Assembly (NCBI RefSeq): GCF_030028105.1
Contig: NC_092397.1
Coordinates: 22,888,630 to 22,952,629 of the forward strand
From: Mobula birostris
Taxonomy: Eukaryota
DNA length: 64,000 nt
Direction of reading: 5' to 3'
In this document: positions 26,060-37,499 of the stretch, piece by piece
How positions within the stretch are numbered: position 1 is the stretch's first letter
How the letters are laid out: every line of letters begins with the position of its first letter
Program-made: the position numbers and the translations under genes
The notes under the pieces: model-generated
Database searches by the model: none
Told to the model about the DNA's origin: nothing
Seen by the model: only the letters and a program-made list of their open reading frames with translations

Positions 26060-27990
26060 ACTTGTCTTGATGGAAGGAGGCAGAGGGTGGTCATGGCAGC
26101 TTGTTATTCAGGTTGGAGGCCTCTGACCAGTGACAGTCACAGGGATCGGTGCTGGTACTGTCAATTGTCATCTACATTAACAATTTTCTGACATTGTGGT
26201 GACAGTGAGTTTGCAGATGACAGCAATGCTGGTGGTAGTGTGGACTGTGAAGATTGTGTGAGAGTACAATAGGATGGAGATTAACTGGGGAAGACGGCCA
26301 AAAAATGGCAGAAGGATATTGATGTGGACAAGTTTGAGGTGTTGCATTATGAGAAGTTCAACCAGGGAAGGATCTGCACAGTAAATTCTTGTCCCTTGGA
26401 GAGTATTACAGAAGAGGGTCCATGAAATACAGAAACATCATTCACTGAAAGAGACAACACAGGTAGTCAGGATGGTGAAGGTGGTGTTTGGCCTATTTGT
26501 CTTCATTGATCAGGGAACTGAGTAGAGAATTTGGGATGCCGTATGACAGCTGTAAAAGTCAAAGTGAGACCAGACTGTATTTTGCACAGTTCTGGTCATC
26601 CAGTTGCAGGAAAGATGTCATGAAGCTGGCAAGTGTGGAGGGAAGTTTGATGAGAATGTTACTGACACTGGTGGACTTTAATTATCAGCAGAAGCTGGAC
26701 AGACTGGGACTCTCTTTCTCTCTCCTGAGAGTGTAAGGAGCTGTCTGGTGACCGTCCAGAGGTTTACAAAATCAGTAGGTGAGCACTCTTTTTGTAGGGT
26801 AGGGAAGCCTAAATTTACAGGGTAATGGTTTAAGATGAAGGGGAAACATTTAAAAGCTACCTTATGGGTGGGGGATGTTGCATCTTTGAATAAGGAGACC
26901 AACACTTCAGTAATAAGAGGGGTTTTGATGAGGTCTTGTAAGTATAGGTTTTAAATAAAATGATGAATGATGATTTTGATGGGATTATACTGCCGGCCTC
27001 CCAATCGGCTCAGATATTGTGCAGCAGACATATTAGTAAATCACACAGAGGGGTAATGGGAACAAGTTTACAGCAGTTGGGCATTTCAACTTTCCCAGAT
27101 TACCTTGTATGAAAAGTTTGTCTCCAGGAGAAATTTGGCAGACACAGGATCGGTTCATCCCTCAGCAGAAACAGTATTTAAAAGGGAGGATGAGGCAACC
27201 ATCGCTAACAACAGAAGACAAAGGCAGCATAAAAGAACATGAGAGGGCAAAGAATATCACCAAAATTACTGGGAAGCTAAAGGATAATGAAACTTAAAAC
27301 AAAAAAAACAGAACAACTATAATAACAATATGCAGAACTCAGATGAATTATGAAAGTAACTGGCCAATAATAGAAACAAGATACAAAAAGATTTATTTTC
27401 AGATATATGAAGAGTAAAAGAGGCAAGAATGGACAAGGTTTCACTGACCTTCACTGATCAATGCCAGTGCACAAAAGTTTTATTAATGAGTTGGAGAAAC
27501 TTCCCTCAACTTAACTTGGAAGGATGTCGCGGATTACAGGGTGCTCATGATCACTTAGGGAAGAGGGTCAAGTGTGGCAAATGCATTTCAATACAGATAA
27601 GTGTGAGGCGGTGCATATTGGAAAGTCAAACCAGTGTAGAACTTACACTATGAATGATCGGTCATTGGGGACTGGAATGGGCCGGAGAGATTTAGGGGTA
27701 AAGTGAACACAGTTCATTGAAAGTTGTGTCACTTGCAGACAGGGTGGTGAAGAACGGGGTTTAACATGCTGGTCTTCATTAGTCAGGGGATAGAGTATAT
27801 CAGTTGTGACATTATGTCACAGTTGTGTAAATGACTGGAGGACACACTTGCCGATTTGTATACAGCTCTTGTCACCATTATAGGAAACGTGGTTAAACTG
27901 GGGAAAGTGTAGAAAAGATTTCCAAGGTATATTTCCCGGACCCGAGGTTCTCAGTTACATAGTCAGTTTGGTCAGACAATGTCCTTTGTC
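26060..27990 (+). mobile_element. Decayed CR1 RT/C-terminal fragments
   Basis: Degenerate QGSVL and FADD motifs and FAQFWSS...RKDVMKL. Confidence 0.6.
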
Positions 27991-28140
27991 CTTTATTCCT
28001 TGGAATCAGAATCAGATTTATCACCGTGTTATATGACGAGGAACCTGTCGTTTTGTTCTGACAGCAGTACAGGCCTCTGAAGGTGCAGATGTGAACATTG
28101 TGTCAGCATAACGACAAGAGATTCTGGGAATGGCGAACAA

Positions 28141-28265
28141 CGCGGCCAAAATGCTGGAGGAACCCAGCAAGTCAGGCAGCATCTCCCACCAGAGTCCTGA
28201 TGAAGGGACTCCGCCCGAAATGTCCACTGTTTATTCTCACCATTGATGCTGCCTGACTTGCTGAT
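28141..28265. mobile_element. Fold-back Penelope-derived element with hammerhead motif
   Basis: Inverted arms CAGCAAGTCAGGCAGCATC / GATGCTGCCTGACTTGCTG flank AGTC-CTGATGA-AGGGACTCCGCCC-GAAATGTC (core starts at 28197). Confidence 0.7.
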
Positions 28266-28654
28266 TCAGAGAGAGTGTTTTAAAGCGGCGGGCGATTAGA
28301 CGAGTATCACTGTGTTTGTGGGTCCGAACACATCGCCGGATTTCCCAGCGCCTCCTGTACAAAAAGAAAAGACTTCTCTGTTATGGGATCGCCCCACTCC
28401 CCAGCTCAGTCCCGAAGCGGGAATTAATCGCAAAGTTTTAGTTAGTTTCAAAATTTCAGCCGAAAAGCAGAGAACAGGTCAACAAAATGGAGAGAGATCG
28501 CGGGCAGTGCAGTAATCAAACGGGTTAAAATAGAAAGTGCTGCCTTTAATCCCGATTAAACTCTCTTTCCGGCGAACTTTGCGGCCTCAGTGACGGACAA
28601 GGACCAGTCTGGGTCTCTGGAGTGTCCGATTTTAATTGGAATCGGAGAGTTTTT

Positions 28655-28811
28655 GAGGAGAGAGAAACACAGAAAAATGAAGTCTCCGGAAGCTGACAGC
28701 AGGATGTCTCCGCCCCGTCCGCTCGCTGTCTTTAAATTGCTCTGGGCCGCCGCCTTTCGCTTCAGTTCTCATTCAGTCTGATTGTGAGAAGCATTTTCCA
28801 GAGTCGCCGAC
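28655..28811 (+). promoter_or_regulatory. H1 promoter
   Basis: H1 box AAACACA at 28665-28671, GC box CCGCCCC at ~28710 and TATA-like TTTAAA at 28731. Confidence 0.7.
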
Positions 28812-29462
28812 ATGACCGAGACAGCACCCGCCGAAACGGCTCCTCCAGCCGCACCCGCCGCCGCAAAGAAGACTCCCAAGAAGAAGGCGGCCGGCCGGAG
28901 CAAACCAGCCGGTCCCAAGCTGGGCGAACAAATCGATAAGATTGTGGCGGATTGTCGCGATCGGAAGGGAATGTCCGCTGTGGCCATCATGAAGGCTCTG
29001 ACCAGCAGCGGTGTCGATGTGGGGAAACGTCGCGCCCAGATCAGGATGTGCATCAGGAAGAGAGTGGAAAGCGGCTCCTTGGTTCAGACCAAGGGCGCGG
29101 GTCTTTCGGGATCCTTTAAATCCGGTCAAGGAAAAAGTGCCGTGAAAGCGGTGAAGAAAGCGAACAAGCCATCGGTAAAGAAATCTGCCATCAAGAAATC
29201 TCCAAGCAAGAAGTCTGGCGCCAAGAACCCAGCGGCTAAGAAAGCGGCAGCGAAGAAACCAGCGGCTAAAAAAGCGGCAGCTAAGAAACCAGCGGCTAAA
29301 AAAGCGGCAGCTAAGAAACCAGCGGCTAAAAAAACGGCAGCTAAGAAACCAGCGGCTAAAAAAGCGGCAGCTAAGAAACCAGCGGCGTCGAAGCCAAAGA
29401 GCCCCAAGAAACTCGCAGCCCCGAAGAAGGCGGCGGCCAAGAAGACAGCAGTCAAAAAGTGA
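28812..29462 (+). CDS. H1: Linker histone H1 (divergent globular domain)
   Basis: MTETAPAE N-terminus, winged-helix end LVQTKGAGLSGSFK, K/A/P-rich tail, H1 box upstream and stem-loop downstream. Confidence 0.95.
   Translation: MTETAPAETAPPAAPAAAKKTPKKKAAGRSKPAGPKLGEQIDKIVADCRDRKGMSAVAIMKALTSSGVDVGKRRAQIRMCIRKRVESGSLVQTKGAGLSGSFKSGQGKSAVKAVKKANKPSVKKSAIKKSPSKKSGAKNPAAKKAAAKKPAAKKAAAKKPAAKKAAAKKPAAKKTAAKKPAAKKAAAKKPAASKPKSPKKLAAPKKAAAKKTAVKK
29223..29387 (+). repeat. Coding 30-bp tandem repeat (KKPAAKKAAA, about 5.5 copies) in the H1 tail
   Basis: AAGAAACCAGCGGCTAAAAAAGCGGCAGCT repeated near-perfectly. Confidence 0.92.
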
Positions 29463-29498
29463 ATTAAGGTATACCGTTTGTAAGTGTTTGAACCCAAC

Positions 29499-29514
29499 GG
29501 CTCTTCTCAGAGCC
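29499..29514 (+). terminator. Histone 3' stem-loop (H1)
   Basis: GGCTCT-TCTC-AGAGCC, then ACCCA and a canonical downstream element AAAGAGCTG. Confidence 0.95.
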
Positions 29515-30323
29515 ACCCACATCTCAGAAAAGAGCTGATCGTGAATATTGTGATTCCCGCGCCGGGTCCGACTGAGTTTTGCGGGGGAACTTATCGCATA
29601 AAACCCGATTTTCCCGGTACCTCTTTGACATTCAGAGCGGCCCTGACGTCCCAGATTTGAAGTGAAACACTGCGTTTCACTCGGGTTGTGTGTGTGTGAG
29701 AGAGAGTGAGACCGGTGGGGTGGTCTGCAGGCCCAGTTCCTTCTCCCGCTCCAGGACAGCGTGACTGAGATTCCGCACCTCGCATCCCAAAGCCCGATTC
29801 AGCTGAGTTGATTGGGAACTGCTGAAACCTATGTGAGAGGGGAGGGGGCGTCTTGAGAGAGGGATCTGTCTCTGGGGATGGACTGCAGGGGGAAGATATA
29901 TGATAACCTTCCCGGCGACTTTGCCGACTGACCTTCAATCAGGTACCAGCTACAAAAGTTTATTTACACAACATTTACAAGAATAAAATCAAAAATATAT
30001 AATTACCGCTCTCGGAAATCTCCCACTGTACCCATCGCGACCGCATGCTCCCACTCCAAGGACAGCCGGGCATGTCGAAAGCAAACAAAACGGTAACAGC
30101 CGCAGCAGCTGTACATGCCAGGTTTGTGGGAGAAGTGAAGGGCCAGATGAGACCCTGACAGGGAGGGAGCGCGTTCATCTCCTGTCTCTCGCTGAATTAA
30201 CCTGTCGGCACAGAACAGCTGATGATTGCGGTCAGTTAATGCGAAACCGAACAACCCCATCAGGAAGGCAGATCGTCACTACAATAATCAGCAAGCGACA
30301 GCCCTTTCCTTTGCTGTGGTAGT

Positions 30324-30339
30324 GGCTCTTAAAAGAGCC
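30324..30339 (-). terminator. Histone 3' stem-loop (H3)
   Basis: Minus strand GGCTCT-TTTA-AGAGCC. Confidence 0.95.
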
Positions 30340-30368
30340 TTTTCTTGTGCTTGTTGTGGAGGCTGGGT

Positions 30369-30851
<483 letters not shown>

Positions 30852-31407
30852 TTATACTTTTGGAAAGGGTCTGCCCATCACCTCTGATTGGCTGAACCAG
30901 GTGTCTATTAAGGTTCCTTACTGCGATTGGTTGATTCCTTTCCTGTAGGCTGGCGGCGAATAAAAATTTACGACAAATAAAAATTTGCCGAGCGGTCGGA
31001 CTTCATTGATGCAGAGTGATTGGCGCCGGATTAATTTAAAATCGCCTGGCAATTGAAGACCATCCAGCAACGGTGCTTGATTACATTTTATTTACAATTA
31101 ATTGTATGACGAATTATACAAATTCAGTTTCGTTTAATAAATTTAATATCTAATTTCCTCAGTTAAGATTTAAATTCACAACTGCAGAATCGTTCTCTAA
31201 ACGAGTGAACTGATTTCTGTTCGAAACTGATAGAGGATTAACATCGATCCTAATGCAGGTTTTGCGGTAATCACTGACTGGAAAGGCAGAATTGCAGTAT
31301 GTTTCAAGCGGAATCGATCAATCTGTTTCAAATGCAACCCAACTGAATGTATCGATAAAAAATAATTAAAAGTCTGCGGATACGGCTCCGTTTGTGAGGC
31401 GGTGGGT

Positions 31408-31423
31408 GGCTCTCAGAAGAGCC
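31408..31423 (-). terminator. Histone 3' stem-loop (H4)
   Basis: Minus strand GGCTCT-TCTG-AGAGCC. Confidence 0.93.
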
Positions 31424-31456
31424 TTTGTTTTGTGCTCGGGAGGAAGTGGGAGTTTT

Positions 31457-31777
<321 letters not shown>

Positions 31778-34700
31778 TCACTCAAGGTCGCTGCTCACTG
31801 ACAAACTGCCTGCTGCTGTCTCCTTTTATACACAGCGCCCCGACCTGCCCGAGAAACGCGCAGAGAGACAGAGGCGGGGAGGGGAGGAGACAGAGTCAGA
31901 GTGACGGACAGAGCCGAGAGCGGCCTCTCATCGTCCAGCTCCGCCTTCACTTTACCACAACCGCCAATTTCCAACGATTCATCCGACACGAAGCGCTCCA
32001 GCGAAAAACAAAACTCCCTCACACACCACGTACATACTATGGGTTTTCTGGGAATTTGCCGATTCTCCTGCTTTAAATTAAAGGAAGTGCTTTTCCATTC
32101 TACAAATCCCCGAGGACCTCGGTCTGTCCCTCCCGGCCCCATGACCAGTGTCAGCGCCCTCACACACAGCAGTTGGTGGGAGAGGGTGCAGTCACTTCCA
32201 GTGATGAGGGGGTTGATTCATTAGAACAATTGTTCCTCTGGGTCGTCAGGGAAATGAAAGACTGGTCACATACAAGAACAGGATACATAACCAGATATAT
32301 AGACCGCGCTTCTGGCGCCTTCTAAAGCCCAGGTAAAGGGGTGGCTGAGGAGCTGGTGCGAGGTGGGTGGTTCTTCAGGTACAAGGATCTTTGGGTCTCA
32401 AGGGAAACGAGAGGCGGGTCCAAGGAGGAGGGGAGCCAATATGTTTCCGGGGAGCCTTCTTCGTGCTGCACGGAAGGGTTTAAACGAGCAGGGATGTTAA
32501 GTCCTACACACTGGTTTTAGAGAACTAGGTTAAAAAAACAGCAGGACTTCCAGGATTGTAATCGCGGAATTGTGACCAAAACCATGCGCTAGTGTGGTGA
32601 GAAATCGATGTTTCGCGCAGTTTAATATGTTGCTGAGGAACTGATGCAGGAGGGAGGTTTTCAGATTCATGGATTCATGGGTGGTCCAGGCAGCTGGGAG
32701 ACCGGGACAAACAAGACCATTTGCATTTGAACCGGACGGGAACCAATATCTTCACCAGGAGGTTTGATGGTGTCACTTGGCAGAGTTTGAACTGGAGTAG
32801 CAAGTGGGAGAATGTATGTCTGACAAGACAGTCTGAAAAGAACGAGAGCCAATGTCAGGCTAATAAACATGGTGGGATTGCTGGGCTGAAATGAGTTTAT
32901 TTCAACATTAGGAGTTTTATGTTGTCGGACGGACAGGGCTGGCAGCTCAACATTCCTGGGTTTGATTGTTTTACATGTGAGTGGGGGTGGGAGGGGGGGG
33001 TTAAAAGATGCAGAGGTTACCCCACTGGGAATGTCACTGCAAACTGGAAGGTTCATTTACAGAGGCAATCTGCAGTTACACTGTTGGGATGTTTGCACTG
33101 GCCCCACAATAACCAGTGGGGGGACTTTATCTTCCCTAGAATTGACTGGAATTTGCTCAATACTAAGAAGCGCAAGATTTCTTCAGTGAATCTGAGGAAA
33201 GTTTGAAACATTATGTCGAGCCCAACCAGAGTTGAGAACATGTGGGAATTAGTTTTGGGAAATGAACCAGACCAGGAGACAGCCAAGACTCAGTGAAAAT
33301 TTTGGGATCTTATATTTTTCTTAGTTATGAGTAAGAATAAAATTAGATCTTGTAAGAAGGTACTAAATTGCAGGAGGGCAAGTTAGGACGTAGTAAGACA
33401 GAAGCCAAGGGGCATTGAATGGGAGCAGCCACATGTGGGAGTTGTTTCAAGACCACCAGGTCAGAGTTAAATATTGAGGTACAGGATTTATGCACATTTG
33501 CAAAGGCATGGCCTGGTTAGGGACAATCAGCATGGTTTTGTGTGGGCAGATCATGCTTGACAAAGTTGCTCGAGGTTTGTGAGGTGATGACAGAGACTAA
33601 GGTATAGGAGTAGAATTAGACCATTTGGCCCATCGAGTCTGCTCTGACATTTCATTGTGGCTGATCCATTTTTCCACTCAGCCCCAATCTCCTGCCTTCT
33701 CCATGTGTCCCTTCATGCTCTGACCAATCAAGAATCTATCGATCTCTACCTTAAATATACCTTGGCCTCCACAGCTGCTGCCTGTGACAACGAATTCCAC
33801 AGATTCACCACTCTCTCTAAAGAAATTCCTCCTCATCTCCATTCTAAAAGGATGCTCCTCTATTCTGCGGCTGTGTCCTCTGGTCTTACACTCCCATCCT
33901 CTCCACATCAACTTTATCACAGTGATAGGTTTCAATTAGTCATCCCTCATTGTTCTCAATTCCAGTGAATAAAAGGCCCAGAGCCATGAAATGTTCTTCA
34001 TATGACAAGCTGTTTGATCCTGGAATCATTTCAGAGAATCTCGTTTGAAACCCATCCAGTTTCAGCTCACCCTTCCATACAGGGCCCAAAACTGCTCCCA
34101 ATACTCCAAGTGAGACTTTGCCAGTACTTCATAAAGTCTCAACATTACAGTCTTGTTTTTATATTCCAGTCCTCTTGAAATGAATGCTAACATCACAGTT
34201 GCCTTTCTCAGCAGAGACCCAACCTGCAAATTAGCCTTTAGAGAATCCTGCACAATGACTCCCAAATCCCTTTGTACCTCAATTTTTTGTATCTTCTCTC
34301 CATTTAGAAAATAATCAACCCTACTATTTCTTCAACCAAAGTGCATGACCATACACTTCCCAATTCTGTATTCCATCTGCCACTTCTTTGCCCATTCTCT
34401 TCATCTGTCTGTCCTTCCCTATTTCCTCAAAAATACCTGCACCTCCACCTGTCTCTTCATATCATCTGCAAATTTTGCAATAAATTCATGAATTCCATCA
34501 TCCAAATCATTGACATATAATGTGAAAAGAATGAGACCCAACATCTTGGTGCTTGATGAGGGCAAGGCTGTGGACATGATCCACATAAACCTCAGTACGG
34601 CATTTGAAAAAGAGCAGTGGGATTCAATATAAATTGCAATTTCAATTCAGAAATGGCTTTCTCATAGAAGGCTAAGTTGGGCTGGAAGTCTGTGAGCAGT

Positions 34701-35149
34701 GGTGATCCACAAGGATTGATGCTGGGAATTATGTTGTTTCTGATACATATCGATGTTTGGATGAAAATGTTGATGGGCGGTTTACAAGTCTACAGGTGAC
34801 AGCAAGATAGGTGGAATTGTGGACAGTGTAGATATTGATCAATGCACACAGTGGGATACAGATCACAAACAGATATGCAGAGTAGCTGCAGAAGGAATTT
34901 AATCTGGGAGGGAATGTGGCGTTGCAGTTTGGGAGGTCAAATGAAAGAAGAAAGTATAATGTTAATAACTGACCCCTTCACAGCATTGGTGTAAAGAGTG
35001 ATCTTGGGATCCAGGCACATAGTTCACTGAATGTGGCTACACAACAGGATAAGGTGTGCAGAATGCTGGTTTCCACTGGTCAGGGTGTTAAGCATAAGAG
35101 TAAGGGTGTCATGTAATATAACGTACAGGGAATGGACCCTGTGCAGGTA

Positions 35150-35505
35150 GGTGTATTCACCTCCTTCAAGTCAGTATTTAGTCGATGGACCGTTGGCAGC
35201 AATTACAACCATGAGTCTATGTGGATAGGTCACTATCAGCTTTGCACATCTGGACACTGCAATTTTTCCCATTCTTCCTTACAAAACTGCTCAAGGTCTG
35301 TCAGAATGCACAGAGTTTATGAGTGAACAGCCCTTTTCAAGTCCAGCCACAGACTGAGGTCTGGACTCTGACTTGGCCACACCAGGACATGAACTGTGTT
35401 GTCTTAAGGCATTCCTGTGCAGCTTTGGTTTTAAGCTCGCAGTCATTGTCTTGCTGGAAAACAAATCTTTTCTGAAGTCTCAGTTCTCTTGCAGATTGCA
35501 TTAGG
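35150..35505 (-). mobile_element. Tc1 3' fragment
   Basis: Reverse-complement match to ~2010-2365. Confidence 0.8.
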
Positions 35506-35509
35506 TACA

Positions 35510-35896
35510 GCTCATCCTTAGGGAATGTGTGGTTTGTGGAAGGATGATGATCTGAGGAGCTGGGTGACAGGCAGAAAAGGCAAAGCGATGAAGAGAAAGG
35601 AATCCAATAGGAGAGAACTTTGGACCATGGGATGACACGAAGGAGGTGGAGAACCAGACAGAGTTGATGGGCAGGTCATGAGGGTGTGTGAAGAGAGGTG
35701 AAGGGGTTAAATGGTATCAGAATGGGGGAAAAGAAGTGGGGGTGAGGGAAACAGAGTGCAGTGATATCCGGAATTGGTAGAAATCAATGTTCATTCTATC
35801 AAGATTGGAGGCTGCACAGTCAGAATATGAGGTGTTGTTTGGCTAACCTGTACTTGGCTTCGTCGTAGCAGTAGAGGAGGCCACATGCAAACATGT
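35510..35896 (-). mobile_element. Penelope-like GIY-YIG C-terminal fragment
   Basis: Minus strand reads CGLLYCYDEAKYRLAKQHLIF*LCSLQ...MNIDF, then a pyrimidine-rich tract. Confidence 0.7.
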
Positions 35897-35963
35897 TGGT
35901 GATGGCTCTCCGCTGGTCAGGGTCGACCATGGATATTGCGCCCTAGCTGTGGAAGTCGATATG

Positions 35964-36422
35964 CAAGTCGGGGACGTACGATACGTAAAGCAAGTCAGGG
36001 ACGTACGAAACGTAAAGCAAGTCAGGGACGTACGAAACGTAAAGCAAGTCAGGGACGTACGAAACGTAAAGCAAGTCGGGGACGTACGATACGTAAAGCA
36101 AGTCGGGGACGTACGATACGTAAAGCAAGTCGGGGACGTACGAAACGTAAAGCAAGTCGGGGACGTACGAAACGTAAAGCAAGTCGGGGACGTACGAAAC
36201 GTAAAGCAAGTCGGGGACGTACGAAACGTAAAGCAAGTCGGGGACGTACGAAACGTAAAGCAAGTCGGGGACGTACGAAACGTAAAGCAAGTCGGGGACG
36301 TACGAAACGTAAAGCAAGTCGGGGACGTACGAAACGTAAAGCAAGTCGGGGACGTACGAAACGTAAAGCAAGTCAGGGACGTACGATACGTAAAGCAAGT
36401 CAGGGAAGTACGATACGTAAAG
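35964..36422 (+). repeat. 27-bp CpG-rich minisatellite, 17 copies
   Basis: Unit CAAGTC(G/A)GGGACGTACGA(A/T)ACGTAAAG, with essentially two variable positions. Confidence 0.97.
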
Positions 36423-37499
36423 CAAGCAGTCGCCCATGCAGGAGCTGATGAATCCAGAGCAACATCGGAGACCGATGGCGTCAAGCACCAGCGGTGTCGC
36501 AGGATTGCCAGTCTGCACTGAACATCAGACCATCAGACCAACAAGGAGTTAGTGTTCACAGTGGGGACACAGAAAACATCCCACAGATATCTGATGGTGA
36601 CATTTCAATATTGTGCCATAATGTGTAACAACCGCTGTCTCCAGGGAGAAACTAATGGGACTAAAAGCAAACATTACCAGGTCCCAACGACCTGCAATAA
36701 AGTCTGGAGAGAAAGGAGAGACATTGAAGTCTGTCAAAACTCACTGTTACAGAAAGGTCCCAGTTAGTTGAAAACCATTGTTGAAGAAGGGTGGAAGGCA
36801 ACTGTAGTCCTGTTAACTTCACTTCAGGTACTGGAGTCGATAATCTATCAAGAAATAGCAAATCATTTCGAAAAGTTTAATGTCATTGAACTAAGTCAAC
36901 AGGGTTTACAGTCAGATTCACACAGCACAGAAACAAGACCTTCAGCTCAAATTGTCCACTATGACCAAAGTTTCCATCTGAGTTCGTGGTCTGTAACCCC
37001 CTCACCACCACCAACTGGAAAAGTTGCCCTTCAGGTTCCTATTAAATCTCATCTTAAACCAATGCCCTCCAGTTCTTGATTCCCCAACACTGGCAAAATA
37101 ATTGTTATCTTTGACCCAACTCAGGCCCCTTATTATTTTTTACACCTCTGCAATATCATTACTCATTCTCCAACATTCCAGGGAAAATTGACCAAAACGC
37201 TTTCCACAAATCAGTCCTTCAAGATCCAGCAACATCCTCGTAAATCTCCTCTGCTCTCTTCCCAGCTTAATGGTGTCTGTCACACTGCAGGGTCACTGAA
37301 ACTAAACACTATTTGCGAAATGCGGCCAAACCAACGTGTTGGACAACTGCAACATTTCATCCCAGCTTCTATATTCGGTGCCCTGACTGAAGGCCAGTGT
37401 TCCAAAAGCCTCTTCACCACCCTGTCCATCTGGAACCTGGTCTTGGACCCTGTAACCTGGGTTGTTGAATGTTCAGTCATGTTTGACAAACATACCAGA

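Noticed and set aside
35964-36422. CRISPR-like array
   Set aside because: Units are contiguous with no unique spacers, there are no cas genes, and the context is vertebrate. It is a minisatellite.
36451-36480. CTGATGA as another hammerhead core
   Set aside because: No stem II followed by GAAA downstream.
35843-36521. 170-213 aa ORFs in four frames as real genes
   Set aside because: A 27-bp unit without stops in those frames yields long ORFs automatically. No promoter or domain evidence; kept only as speculation under findings.
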